Source: an uncultured virus (IMG/VR IMGVR_UViG_3300024999_000052)
Taxonomy: Duplodnaviria; Heunggongvirae; Uroviricota; Caudoviricetes
Direction: 5' to 3' (one strand)
DNA: 64,000 nucleotides
IMG/VR virus record: IMGVR_UViG_3300024999_000052
The position numbers and the translations under genes are program-made. Under the pieces are notes generated by a model. That model saw nothing but the letters and a program-made list of their open reading frames with translations, did no database searches and was not told the DNA's origin. How positions within the stretch are numbered: the stretch's first letter is position 1; every line of letters begins with the position of its first letter. Below, in pieces: positions 1-10,879 of this stretch.

Positions 1-93
1 ATGTTCTTCCCAACGTCTTTCTATGTTATTACTTTCACCAATATAGATTAGATTGTTTGTCTCGTTTATGATTCCATATATTCCTATTGTCAT
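1..93 (-). CDS. GIY-YIG nuclease, N-terminal part (runs off window edge)
   Basis: Manual translation MTIGIYGIINETNNLIYIGESNNIERRWEEH has GIY..YIG..R motifs; GAGGAG RBS upstream. Confidence 0.8.
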   Translation of the reverse strand, partial: MTIGIYGIINETNNLIYIGESNNIERRWEEH

Positions 94-272
94 TTAATCT
101 TACTCCTCTATCAGTTATTATTTTATTTTTGTATTGTTAGTAATATTTATTTTGTACTTATGTAAAACCACTAGCAATAATATTAATTTGTAATTGTAAT
201 AGAAAATGTAATATAATTATCAATACAATTATTCTCCTTTCTGAATTTATTTCATAGTTATCCACTCAGATA

Positions 273-301
273 AGTATACCATACAATAATAATCATGTCA
301 A
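273..301 (-). promoter_or_regulatory. SigA-type promoter
   Basis: Reverse complement TTGACA-17-TATACT with TG extension. Confidence 0.65.
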
Positions 302-346
302 CATATTTTATTTATATATTTATAAAATAATTTAAATAAAATACTC

Positions 347-1018
347 TTACATCATCTCAATAAATGGTATTAATATTCTAGGCGATGCAATACCAGTATT
401 TGATATAGTATGTGTTGCTCCAGTAATTCCAAATCTTTTACTTTGCTCTTCTCCAAAATAAGTACAACTATGAGTTTCTAGCCAACCATATTGCTTTGTC
501 TTTACTTCTATGTCATATTTCTTTACATGATAACCTAAATCTAATTTAGTAACATCTACAACTCTAAATTCAATATTATGTTTATCCAAGAATGATGTGG
601 CATTACTAAGTAACAACTCAAATTTTTCTTTCCAATCATAATCATTACAGAAACAAAATTGCTCAAGTTTAACAAATTCTTTACATCTTTTTAATCCTTC
701 ATAACCATAATTCTCATGTCTGAAACATTGATTTTTAGAATAAATAAGTTGTGGTTCAACTATGGAATCTGAAAAGTATTGCAGAATACCTTGTTCTGCT
801 GAACCTGATAAATTATGTACATGATCTACAGAAAGAGATTTAACAATATCTTCAATTCCTTGTCTTTCAAAACTATTCCATCTTGTTAAACTTGGGATTG
901 ATAAATATCTAAACCCCTTGGTGTCTAACATATCTTCAAATTCACGAAAAAGTTTCTTCTCTAATAGAGATAATTCATAATTGAGATTGTAAATACCATT
1001 TTCTATTGTGTATTTCAT
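347..1018 (-). CDS. Seryl-tRNA synthetase-like class II catalytic domain only (no N-terminal tRNA-binding coiled coil)
   Basis: GSAEQ (TxE-like), CFRHE..GLKRCKEFVKLEQF (motif 2), KYDIEV..WLETHSCT, HTISNTGIASPRILIP (motif 3); only 223 aa. Confidence 0.85.
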   Translation of the reverse strand: MKYTIENGIYNLNYELSLLEKKLFREFEDMLDTKGFRYLSIPSLTRWNSFERQGIEDIVKSLSVDHVHNLSGSAEQGILQYFSDSIVEPQLIYSKNQCFRHENYGYEGLKRCKEFVKLEQFCFCNDYDWKEKFELLLSNATSFLDKHNIEFRVVDVTKLDLGYHVKKYDIEVKTKQYGWLETHSCTYFGEEQSKRFGITGATHTISNTGIASPRILIPFIEMM

Positions 1019-1037
1019 TCTGTATTCTTCCTTTCTT

Positions 1038-1829
1038 TTAATAAATTATTTTATTACCATACCATACTAGATTATGAATAGTTTTATCTTTGTTGTAGTT
1101 TTTGTTACTAAACATTGATATTTGTTTTCCATTGTGATCCCAAATATGATTATTAAATTTATATCCTAGATATTTAAAGTGATTATTCATAATGAACTCA
1201 ATAATATCTATATTTGTATAAGTTTCTCCATTTGCTAATACCCATTTTGTATATTCATCTTCATGGTTTTCTTGAGAATCTAATATTTTTAAAGCAACCG
1301 TTTCAATGTTTTTATATTTATTTAAGTATTCTAGAATATCAATACCTACAACGAAACATAATCCTTTTAATAACACATAGTTTAATCTAATTCTTGCATT
1401 GTGGAAATTTTTGGTTAAAGTATAATCATTTTTATAATGTAATACTGAACTATCAACATCATAATATTCACTTACTCTTGTTATTTCTATAAGCCAATCT
1501 TTAAATAAGTAAAATAATTTATCATTGTGAAATAATCTACCAGATGTTTGAATTCTATAATCTTCAAATATTCCTGAGTTAGTTACAATTGATACAATTT
1601 CTTTTAGAAATTCATATGTATAGTAAGATGGTTCACCGTTGCCACTTAATACAAAATATTTAAATCTTGCTTTATCTTGGATAAGTTTATCAATTTGATT
1701 TTTGAATTGAATTAGGTCTTCTTTTATTTCAGGTAATCTCTCTATTTTAGCTATACAATAAGGACAATTTTTATTGCATTTATAGGATGATAAAATCATA
1801 ATAAAATCTTTATAATCCAAATTATTCAT
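1038..1829 (-). CDS. Radical SAM protein
   Basis: CNKNCPYC (CxxxCxxC) and LSGNGEP motif. Confidence 0.85.
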   Translation of the reverse strand: MNNLDYKDFIMILSSYKCNKNCPYCIAKIERLPEIKEDLIQFKNQIDKLIQDKARFKYFVLSGNGEPSYYTYEFLKEIVSIVTNSGIFEDYRIQTSGRLFHNDKLFYLFKDWLIEITRVSEYYDVDSSVLHYKNDYTLTKNFHNARIRLNYVLLKGLCFVVGIDILEYLNKYKNIETVALKILDSQENHEDEYTKWVLANGETYTNIDIIEFIMNNHFKYLGYKFNNHIWDHNGKQISMFSNKNYNKDKTIHNLVWYGNKIIY

Positions 1830-2027
1830 TCTCCTCTTCTATTGCTACTTTACTTCTGAGTTTTGCAAATGCTATTAATTGTTCTAATGTAAAACCATAT
1901 TTCTTAGATACTCCCTCTACTGCACCAATAATATCTGATAGTTCTATTAGAAGCATTAAGTCTTGGTTTTGAGACTCTGCGTCATATGCTTCTTCTAGTT
2001 CTTCTTTAATTTTTTATATTTATCCAT
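1822..2027 (-). pseudogene. MazG-like all-alpha NTP pyrophosphatase, frameshifted or N-truncated
   Basis: Frame KIKEELEEAYDAESQNQDLMLLIELSDIIGAVEG has an EExxE..ELxD pattern; the ATG at 2027 is out of frame across an A6 run. Confidence 0.55.
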
Positions 2028-2033
2028 ATACTA

Positions 2034-2063
2034 ATTGTAACACAGCAGATAGTTAAATGTCAA
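2034..2063 (-). promoter_or_regulatory. SigA-type promoter for the leftward MazG-like/rSAM/SerRS-like operon
   Basis: Reverse complement TTGACA...TG-t-TACAAT. Confidence 0.6.
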
Positions 2064-4190
2064 ATAAATTTTATTTTAGCATTTATTATTACATACTTTA
2101 TAATAATAAATTTTTACCAGAGGAATTATTTCTTAAATCCTTGAAAGTATTGTTAGAGTAGTGTTACAAGGATTTGTTCGGATGAAGTGTATTATTAGTA
2201 TAGCACTTTGTCCGAGTGATTTGGTGTAATAGTTGTAAGAGTAGGGATAGAGGGATTATTAGATTTGGGGTGGTGTGGTAAATTTTTGTTTGTATTGAAT
2301 TTTGAGATATTTATTTGATATGGATTGTTAAAAAGGATTGTTAAAAATATTTTTCATCAAATTTTAGATGGTCGTATATGGGAGATAATTGTATCGACTT
2401 ATAATGTAAACATATGCCCCCATAGTAGAAGTAATTTGTTTTAGAGATTATTAATTGGGCTGTAAGTGTTATGGTATAAAGGTTTTATAGAATTCCCAAG
2501 TGTGGGAATTTATTATCTTATAATTATGCATTTATTAAAATTGAGATTGAGATATTTTGTTCGATGGAATTGTGATTGATTTATAAAATGAATAGTAAAT
2601 TGGATTTGATTTTATAGATTGCAGGATGATATTTTATGAAATTATTGTACCAGAGAAATGTTGTGAGAGTGGGGTTTGTAGTGGTTTTTATTGTTATGGA
2701 TTATGTGAGATTTTTATTAAATTATTATGATTTATTTGTGAAATTTACTTGACTTTTAGATTTTATTTAGATTTGTTTTTGATTGATGTTGGGTTAGAAA
2801 TTGTTGTGTTGATTATGTTTTTGCGAAGAAAATACGAAGGTGATTTTATGATATATCTTAGATTTTAATTTTTAGTTTTATGACAATTCGATTTTCAACT
2901 TTTCGATGTGACAAGAAGTACTGTGTCGAATACTGTCGAAATAAAAAGTTGGGTTTTTGTAATCCTGCGCCCCATGTTGGCATGGTTTTTGAAAGTGAAT
3001 ATAGAAGCAGGTTTTTGCTATAGGCTGAGCCTATGACAAACTGAAAATAGCATGGGTCGGATATGGTGCGAACCCGCAAAGCCTTGATATAAGCCGATTT
3101 GTGCTCAAATATGAATGTGACACAATGGGAATGTGTAACATTCGGTGAGAATGGAGGGTAGAATTATATCGGTCGGATGATTTGGAGAGCTTAGAAGGGC
3201 TGTTTTGTGTTAGAAAATGATAAGAGGATAATGTCCTGGCGTTGTATCGGCCGCAGCGGGGAATGATTTGTCGAATTGATTTGATTGGGCTGAAGTATGA
3301 TGAATGAGTATATTATTGGGTCTTTGATGTTATTTGCTGCTGTTATTATTCTAAAGTGAATGATCATTCATTTATAGTCGATTTGCATAACATAGGCGAA
3401 ATCTTTGAAGTATTACAAATGTAAACACAACTACAAATGTAAACAATATATTGTTACAGTATACAAATGATACATAGTATATAAAAGATACCAACTATAT
3501 AAAGTATACTAATGAACAATTATATACACATAATATATCAAATGCTCAATGCCATTAAGTTAATCACATTACATGATCACAATGATCATATTAACTCTAA
3601 TATACTACTCAAACAGTTGGTATTAATACCTACTAAAGCTGCTATATTATAAATTAATTTATAACCTATTACTCTACTTGGTATTAATACCAACTAAACT
3701 ACTCAACATTAATGTATAGTAAACTACTATGATTTAATATATACCATATCACTTGGTATTTATATCATACCATATTACTATACATTAATAACGACTAAAT
3801 TACTATACTATAAATCCATATCATTCCACTATACTATACTATACCATAATAAATTAGTACACAACATAAAAATATAACCTGTTCTATATCACTATACCCA
3901 CAAGGGGGTATACTCAACCATAAAATCTACCATACCCTAGTAGGGTACTATATTACACATATCGTAATAACCCTAAAATAAAATTAACTATACTCACATA
4001 TACCTCAATACTCCAAACGTCTTAAAAAGCCAATTCTGTCGCTCTCACACAATATATTATTTCTTGCTTCAACTCATCTTATCCATCCATATTTCACACT
4101 GGCATAAGTTTTGATTACAATAATTATAACTAATTTTATCCTGACATATTTCTATTATATGAAAATTATAATACAATCATCAATATAAAC
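2064..4190. other. Long non-coding divergent region with G/T-to-A/C skew inversion, repeats and palindromes (candidate origin or genome terminus)
   Basis: G/T-rich up to ~3400, A/C-rich after; TACAAATGTAAACA at 3414 and 3432; palindromes TGAATGATCATTCA at 3357 and GGTATTAATACC at 3619 and 3680. Confidence 0.5.
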
Positions 4191-4290
4191 AATGATAAAA
4201 TTCTCTAAATATATAAATAAAATAAAGGTATATCAATACTCTCTATCGAATATAATACTAATAAGAAGAATTGAATGGAGAGTGTTGAAC

Positions 4291-4923
4291 ATGATGTATC
4301 AAGAATTCCAAACCCTCACTAATCTCTCAATATCCTTTGAAGAGTACACCAACACCATTGAACCTAAATACATGACTAGCAATCTAGACAAACAATCTTT
4401 TTGCAAGCGATATCTAAACAGTCAAACTACTAAACCCTTACCAAAAGAACTAAAGGAAATCAAAGAAACCATAAAGGACTTTAAAGGTAATCGAAGTTTT
4501 GCTAAAAGAGAAGAGAAAAAACTTATTGAACGTCATAATGAAAGAATGAAAGATTATAACTCTAATAATTGGGTAGATCAAAATTTTATAAAAACTCTAG
4601 AAAACAGATTGCAAAAAGACATCTACAACCTATACGAAATGTATGGCAACGACACAACAATCCAAATTATCTACACTGACGGGACAGAATGCAACGTGAC
4701 AGGAGCAGAAATAGTTACAGGAGAAATAACTCCTAGACTACAACAAATCGCTTATGCAAGCTATCAAGATGGATATACGATCTTCGATACCTTATCAGGC
4801 AACATGGATACCAAATGGGATATAGAAATAGAAGGAGAAATAGAAACTGACTGGGATGCAAGGGACGAATACTTTAATCAAGTAGAAATCAAATTCAATA
4901 CTAAATGGGGAATGACTCATTAA
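4291..4923 (+). CDS. Hypothetical early phage protein
   Basis: ORF with GGAG RBS before ATG 4291, followed by a terminator. Confidence 0.7.
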   Translation: MMYQEFQTLTNLSISFEEYTNTIEPKYMTSNLDKQSFCKRYLNSQTTKPLPKELKEIKETIKDFKGNRSFAKREEKKLIERHNERMKDYNSNNWVDQNFIKTLENRLQKDIYNLYEMYGNDTTIQIIYTDGTECNVTGAEIVTGEITPRLQQIAYASYQDGYTIFDTLSGNMDTKWDIEIEGEIETDWDARDEYFNQVEIKFNTKWGMTH

Positions 4924-4950
4924 AGCAGGATTAAAACCTGCTTTTTCTTT
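4924..4950 (+). terminator. Intrinsic terminator
   Basis: AAGCAGG-loop-CCTGCTT plus T-tract. Confidence 0.8.
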
Positions 4951-5180
4951 TACCCTAACAGCCTATCCATGTCAACTATTGAACCTTTTATAATCCATTC
5001 TAGACGTTATCACAGCATATTACAACCTCAATCCCTCTACACACTTATTAACCTATATAGTAAAAGCAATAAATTCACAATCCAAATCACAACTATATAA
5101 ATAAATATTTTTTCCTATTGATTATGTGCTATAATGTATACAATAGATCAAATAAATTAAACAAAAGGAGATGCTTACAT

Positions 5181-5438
5181 ATGACTTTAAAAGAAATTTA
5201 TACAGCATATCAACAGATGAATAATAGCTTAAAACTATTAGGATTCGAAGAGAAAACAATAAAATTCTTTGAGGACTATAGAACAAAATGTGAAGCAAAA
5301 ACTTACAAAGAATTTATAAAATTTGCTAAAAAACAATGGATACCTGAATTTTATGAAATAGTTTTGAACGCTGAATTTATCCGTATGGAATATGGTTTCG
5401 AAAATAAAGAATATAAATTGTTGGTAGAAATATTTTAA
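5181..5438 (+). CDS. Hypothetical protein
   Basis: AAGGAG RBS, extended -10 TGCTATAAT upstream, terminator downstream. Confidence 0.7.
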   Translation: MTLKEIYTAYQQMNNSLKLLGFEEKTIKFFEDYRTKCEAKTYKEFIKFAKKQWIPEFYEIVLNAEFIRMEYGFENKEYKLLVEIF

Positions 5439-5467
5439 GGACTTGAAACAAAGTCCTTTTTCTTTTT
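5437..5467 (+). terminator. Intrinsic terminator
   Basis: AAGGACTT-loop-AAGTCCTT plus T-tract. Confidence 0.75.
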
Positions 5468-5530
5468 GACTTTATTGTATTAATCATGATAAGATATAAA
5501 TAATAATATTTGAAAGGAGGACTAAACAAA

Positions 5531-5725
5531 GTGAAAGAGCTACCACTAAAACGTATATTATCTGAAGAAACTAGATTAGGTACTATAACCATTAAAGGTC
5601 AATGTTATGATTTACATGAAGGAATAGGAGATGATAGCACAAATTACTATATAACCAAACATGCAGAAGGATCTATAATATATGCAGTATTTACAAAAGA
5701 ATTATATGAAGCAATGTTTGACTAA
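5531..5725 (+). CDS. Hypothetical protein
   Basis: AAGGAGG RBS, GTG start, terminator at 5726-5760. Confidence 0.65.
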   Translation: MKELPLKRILSEETRLGTITIKGQCYDLHEGIGDDSTNYYITKHAEGSIIYAVFTKELYEAMFD

Positions 5726-5907
5726 AAGGACTTAATAATAATATAAGTCCTTTCTTTTTTCATAAACCATAAATTCAAATATAAAATAATTCCTTGACAT
5801 ACCTTCAAATCTGTTTATACTTATATTTATACCTCAACTAAAAATAATCTAAATCAAATACATATCAAACCTCAACCAAACAAAAAATAAAAGGAGCGTG
5901 TACCAAA

Positions 5908-6414
5908 ATGAACAAATTCAAATTTTTCTCTACCTGCAAAACTATCCAAGAACTAAAAACAACTTTCCGCGAACTCGTAAAACTCCATCATCCAGACAAA
6001 CCAACTGGAAACCTTGAGACCATGAAAGCACTCAACCTAGAGTACGAAAAAGCATTTAAATATATCAAAAATAACCCAATAAACGAGCAAGAAAAGAAAT
6101 CCTCCTTCTATGCAAACGTAAACGATGGTTTCCGCGAAACACTAGAAAAAATCATCTTCATTCCTGAAATTTTTATTGAGATATGCGGTTCCTGGATTTG
6201 GGTCACTGGTGAGACAAAACCTGTCAAAGATATCCTGAGCAATGCAGGTCTATGGTATGCAGGAAACAAAAAAGCATGGTATTTTAAACCTGCTGACTAT
6301 AAAGCTAAAAAACATAAAGCATTCAGCATGGAAGACATTAGAGGAAAATATGGTAGCGAAACAGTCGAGAAGAAGGAAAGGACTAAAGTAGATAATCCTC
6401 AAGCAGCACGCTAA
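5908..6414 (+). CDS. J-domain (DnaJ-like) protein
   Basis: ELKTTFRELVKLHHPDK..MKALNLEYE J-domain with HPD motif; own promoter (5794-5821) and terminator (6440-6466). Confidence 0.85.
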   Translation: MNKFKFFSTCKTIQELKTTFRELVKLHHPDKPTGNLETMKALNLEYEKAFKYIKNNPINEQEKKSSFYANVNDGFRETLEKIIFIPEIFIEICGSWIWVTGETKPVKDILSNAGLWYAGNKKAWYFKPADYKAKKHKAFSMEDIRGKYGSETVEKKERTKVDNPQAAR

Positions 6415-7140
6415 ACACAAACCACAAAATAAAATCCCTAAGAGGCTCTTAACGAGTCTCTTTTCTATTCCCCTTATAATCCCTAACCTAATCCTATAAA
6501 CCATCTTACAATCAATCCTAGCGCATATAATCCATACATTCTAAACAATCTCAAATCCTAAAATCCTAATAATTATCTATTATCCTTATCAACTCCCATA
6601 TCCTCGATCACAACAAAAAAACAAACCATAAAATAAATGTTGACATATAATATTCATTCATGCTATAATTATTTTTACCCAATTATACAAAATATTAAAA
6701 TAAAAAGGAGTTGAGCGAACCATACTAACCACTACTATTACTATTACTATTTATAGATCCGGCTATGTGTAGCACTCTATCTATTGTTTATTGTCCAAAT
6801 ATCCTTTAACCATGATATGCTTCTTTTAAAATATCCGTAAATTTTGATACTTTTGCTTTTGTTGTTTTCATTTTGTTTATACCTCTTTCATAATTTATTT
6901 TTGTATTTTATGCTTATTGCTGTGATTTCATCATCTAAAAATCTAAGTAGATGAAAAAATTCTTCATCTTTAAATTTTCCATTTTTTATTGTGTATGGTA
7001 TTTGTAAAGTTGATCCCGTTTGAACCAATTACAATAATCTCCACTACAAAAACTAAATTAATAGTAGAAATTACTAATCAAGGTGCTTGCAATATGTTAA
7101 AACATTTTAATGAAGCTTTAGAAGAAGGAGTTAAGTAAAT

Positions 7141-7854
7141 ATGAAAATAAATAAACTAACAAAAGGAATGACCTTTAAAAACTATAAGGAACTATGTATC
7201 TTTCTAGATATGCCAATAAGAAGCGGAACCAGTGGTAAGAGATCACAATTTAAAGAATTAGAAAGATATTGTACATACATAAAACAAGGTCAAAAGATTA
7301 TTATTACTGAGATATTTGATATTCCTTTAGAAAAAACTGACCTTAGAGGAACAGGCAACAATAGAAAAGTATTCCCAAATTTTCTAATATCTAAAGAGGA
7401 TGAGTATAAAATTGGAATATATAAAATAGTTCTAAATAAAAATAATGATATCTATATAGGTTCAACAACTACAAGTTTTAGACAAAGGTATATCCAACAT
7501 AGGAAATTTAATTCCGGATTCCCTTTAATCTCTAAAATGCTTAAGGAAGGAGCTACCTTTGATATATTAGAAATTTGTGAAGAACTTACTGAACCACAAA
7601 TAAGAGAATTGGAAAATGACTACATAAAGGAATACAGAAATTATCCCAACTGGAATGTTGTTAATACTAATTATGCATGGAGTCACGCACCATCGAATAA
7701 ACCTAAGAAACCAAAAAGTAAAAGAAGAATTCCAAAACAGAAAGTATTCAAACAAAAGTATAGAAATATTAAATTCAAGGTAAAAGCTGAAGACTATACT
7801 AAAACAATTACATTCTTAAAAGAAAATAATTTAATTAATGAAGGAGTAAAATAA
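7141..7854 (+). CDS. GIY-YIG endonuclease fused to an N-terminal domain shared with the next gene
   Basis: GIYKIV..IYIGST..FRQRY..E..N motifs; N-terminus FKNYKELC.. resembles 7855. Confidence 0.8.
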   Translation: MKINKLTKGMTFKNYKELCIFLDMPIRSGTSGKRSQFKELERYCTYIKQGQKIIITEIFDIPLEKTDLRGTGNNRKVFPNFLISKEDEYKIGIYKIVLNKNNDIYIGSTTTSFRQRYIQHRKFNSGFPLISKMLKEGATFDILEICEELTEPQIRELENDYIKEYRNYPNWNVVNTNYAWSHAPSNKPKKPKSKRRIPKQKVFKQKYRNIKFKVKAEDYTKTITFLKENNLINEGVK

Positions 7855-9114
7855 TTGAATATTGATAAATTAAGAGAATATATCAAAACAACTAATTCAA
7901 TTAAAAACTATAAATTTCTTTGTGCTATCTTAGGGATACCAGTAAAAGCAAGTACAAACAGTAAACAAGCACAGTATAAGGAAATGGATAGATTCTTTAA
8001 ATATCACAAGGAAGGTAATAAATTTATTATTGATGAAATTTATGATACACCTTTAGACAAAATTGATAATAGAATATTTAATAAAGGAGGAGCAAACAAC
8101 GTCACGGAATACACAAAATACATAGAAAACTTAATATTAGATTTATTAGTGCAAGGAGGAAGTAAAAAACAAGGTTTTGGGAGAGTATTCTTATCTAAAA
8201 ATCAATTATTCAAAGAATTCCATATGATTAATGATAATTACGTTTTCTGCAAGCGCAGAATATTAAAACTATCTAAGTTTATGAATATTAGTAAAGAGAC
8301 TGTAGAAGAATGGTATGATCTAAACGATGATATGCTAGAAAGAAATTTGAATCAAGCACTTAAAAGTCTAGAAAACCAATCATTAATATTATGGTCAAGG
8401 GAGTTAACCGTGGCTGAAGCAATAGTAATGGCAGAAGTGACAAAGGATGGAACTGAAATAGTAAAAAGAAAATATATAGACAAATATGATGAGGAACAAA
8501 TTGATTATAAATATCGTGCCGATGATGAAATACAATTGAACTATAGAGAAGGTACTGATAAGGAAAAGACGTTTATCTTAGAAACTGAAAAGGATATAAT
8601 GAAAGAATTAGGATGTGATAGTAAGCAGAAGGTTATTAAGTTTGGAATGTGGGAAACCTTTAAAAATAAAGTTGATGATATAGTATTGAAAAAATTGAAT
8701 ATTGCTTTTTATTATAAAAGCTACAAAATTCTCTTTAACGAGAAACATATCAAAGAAGCAATAGATGATATTTATGGCAAATGCGAACTGGTAGAAGATG
8801 AGAAGATAAGCAGTAAATATCTTATTAATACCGATGTAATGGATAGAACTATCACAAATGCAGGAAATAGACATGAAAAAGCATTAGAAGAAAAGTCTAA
8901 AATCATTGGTAGAATGAAAAATGATAAAGAAGGTAAAAGAACTAAAAGAAGGGCTGAAGAAAACTATATAGATGATAATATTGAATTAGGAAATAGTTTA
9001 ATATTTATAAATGCTACAAATATTAAAGATTCAGTCAAGAAAACCAAATTGGATGTTATTGCTGATATAAATATGGATGAAATATTAGACAAATTATTAG
9101 ATGAATTAGAATAA
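7855..9114 (+). CDS. Hypothetical phage protein (putative DNA-binding/replication-related)
   Basis: 419-aa ORF; N-terminus paralogous to 7141; followed by an inverted repeat. Confidence 0.65.
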   Translation: MNIDKLREYIKTTNSIKNYKFLCAILGIPVKASTNSKQAQYKEMDRFFKYHKEGNKFIIDEIYDTPLDKIDNRIFNKGGANNVTEYTKYIENLILDLLVQGGSKKQGFGRVFLSKNQLFKEFHMINDNYVFCKRRILKLSKFMNISKETVEEWYDLNDDMLERNLNQALKSLENQSLILWSRELTVAEAIVMAEVTKDGTEIVKRKYIDKYDEEQIDYKYRADDEIQLNYREGTDKEKTFILETEKDIMKELGCDSKQKVIKFGMWETFKNKVDDIVLKKLNIAFYYKSYKILFNEKHIKEAIDDIYGKCELVEDEKISSKYLINTDVMDRTITNAGNRHEKALEEKSKIIGRMKNDKEGKRTKRRAEENYIDDNIELGNSLIFINATNIKDSVKKTKLDVIADINMDEILDKLLDELE

Positions 9115-9118
9115 AAAT

Positions 9119-9187
9119 AAAATCGACCAAAATTGGCATGCCCTTTATACTATAGTTATTATGGGGACTTCAATTATGGTCGATTTT
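9119..9187. repeat. Inverted repeat downstream of 7855..9114
   Basis: AAAATCGACCAAAATTG / CAATTATGGTCGATTTT arms. Confidence 0.75.
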
Positions 9188-9522
9188 TATAATTTACTTT
9201 TCTCATTAGCTTGCAGTAGCCTTTCAATTTTGAAACAAGTTCAAAATAGCATTTATCAACTCTAATTAGATTTATTATAATAATCTTTAATATTATAATT
9301 CCTCTAAATACAGTGATCTAAGCCCGTATGTCAGCATTTCGCAAGCGTGCTCAATGGCTGAATTTATATTTCTAATAATTTTTTCTTCAAATCCATAAAC
9401 ACAAATATAAAAGTTTTCCACGTAGAACAATTGAAGTAGAAAATAAAATCTTGCCATAATACATTTATTTTGCTATACTATCAATATCAAATCTATTCAA
9501 TATCTAAAGGAGGTTAACCTAA

Positions 9523-9951
9523 ATGGCAAAGCGCAGAACTAAACAAGACATGCAAAAAGCAGCAAATACATGTCGCTTATTTCTCTTAGCAGACAATAAT
9601 CCTCATACAGCTTACGAGCAATACATAAAAGACCATATGATGTCTGGTAATCCTTTCCCTTGTTACATTGCAGGTATTAAGGATTTTATCACAGCATCAA
9701 AACTTCTTGAATCTGATATCCTGGCAATCAGAAAAGAAAAAGAACGCTCAGAGAATCAATTAGCAGAAAAACAGTCTGATATGGATCTTATCAAATCATT
9801 AGACATTAAATTAGTAATGCAAGCTTATAAAACTTCATCGGGAACCGCTAAATTAGAATTATGTAATTTAGCAAATATGGTACACGCTAAAGACTTTACT
9901 GGTATTACTCAATCAGAGATTTATACTGCAAAGGAATTCCAATTAATTTAA
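9523..9951 (+). CDS. Hypothetical protein
   Basis: Promoter TTGCCA-17-TATACT (9451-9479); AAGGAGG RBS. Confidence 0.75.
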   Translation: MAKRRTKQDMQKAANTCRLFLLADNNPHTAYEQYIKDHMMSGNPFPCYIAGIKDFITASKLLESDILAIRKEKERSENQLAEKQSDMDLIKSLDIKLVMQAYKTSSGTAKLELCNLANMVHAKDFTGITQSEIYTAKEFQLI

Positions 9952-9972
9952 TTAAAGAAAGAAGGCTACAAA

Positions 9973-10290
9973 ATGAAAAAATTAATATCTATCCTAACTC
10001 TTTCCCTCACTCTCCTAACATCATCAATCCTAACAACTTCCGCAGCACCCTCTATACAACCCAACTCCGATACATCCTACACAATGATAGCATTTGCCAC
10101 AAATAGTACCTACAATCCATCAGATTCCGTCTATCATACAACTCTACAAAATGAAAATGGAAATACCTTTATAGTCCTTACCTCAGACAATGTTTCCGGC
10201 CAATGGTTCGAATGTTCAGTGGACAGTAATAATACACCGGAAATTATCACTGATGATAAAATAATTGATTTGGGATTATTGGAGGACTAA
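9973..10290 (+). CDS. Secreted hypothetical protein
   Basis: Signal peptide MKKLISILTLSLTLLTSSILTTSAA. Confidence 0.7.
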   Translation: MKKLISILTLSLTLLTSSILTTSAAPSIQPNSDTSYTMIAFATNSTYNPSDSVYHTTLQNENGNTFIVLTSDNVSGQWFECSVDSNNTPEIITDDKIIDLGLLED

Positions 10291-10416
10291 AGTTAAAAAT
10301 AAAATATATTGTTGCAAATCAATTCAACCTATGCTATATTTATGGCATAGGTTTTTTATTGTAATTTATCAATATTACTAATCAAATCAATTAAAAACTA
10401 AAAGGAGTGACTGCTA

Positions 10417-10695
10417 ATGTCTATATCAGCAGAACGTATTGCCTATTGGGATAATATTCACAATCAAATCCAAGCAGAAAAACAATTGATCAAAAACAAA
10501 ATATCAGAAATCGAACTATACTGTAAAAACAATTTACCATCCAGCCGTGGTTTAGTTTATACCAGACTAGAGGATGAAGTAAAAAGAAATCAATTTTTAA
10601 TCTGGATTGAACAAGGAATACATATTACCCATAGATATATAAAGTTTGCTGAAGCGGGTATAAATCCAGTTGAAGGATTAAATTATTTAGCATAA
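10417..10695 (+). CDS. Hypothetical protein
   Basis: Promoter 10312-10340, RBS, terminator ~10704-10730. Confidence 0.7.
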   Translation: MSISAERIAYWDNIHNQIQAEKQLIKNKISEIELYCKNNLPSSRGLVYTRLEDEVKRNQFLIWIEQGIHITHRYIKFAEAGINPVEGLNYLA

Positions 10696-10879
10696 GGTCA
10701 CTAGAAGAAGGCTAACAACCTTCTTTTTCTTTGTTCTGGTGCAAAATACACCATGCATTACTTTTAACCGCTTAGAAGTCATTTATGGCCCTTGAAGGTA
10801 AATATAATTATTGCATACGGTACTATTCTGTGATAATATAAATCACAATCATTTTTAGGGAATTGAAAGGGGAATACAT

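Noticed and set aside
347..1018. Calling the gene serS
   Set aside because: Lacks the tRNA-binding coiled coil and is about half the normal length
2858..3079. Minus-strand 73-aa ORF in the non-coding region
   Set aside because: No RBS, TTG start, atypical composition; likely a chance ORF in the GC-richer patch
6640..6780. Promoter and RBS at 6640-6710 implying a gene
   Set aside because: No start codon or credible ORF follows; probably a decayed unit
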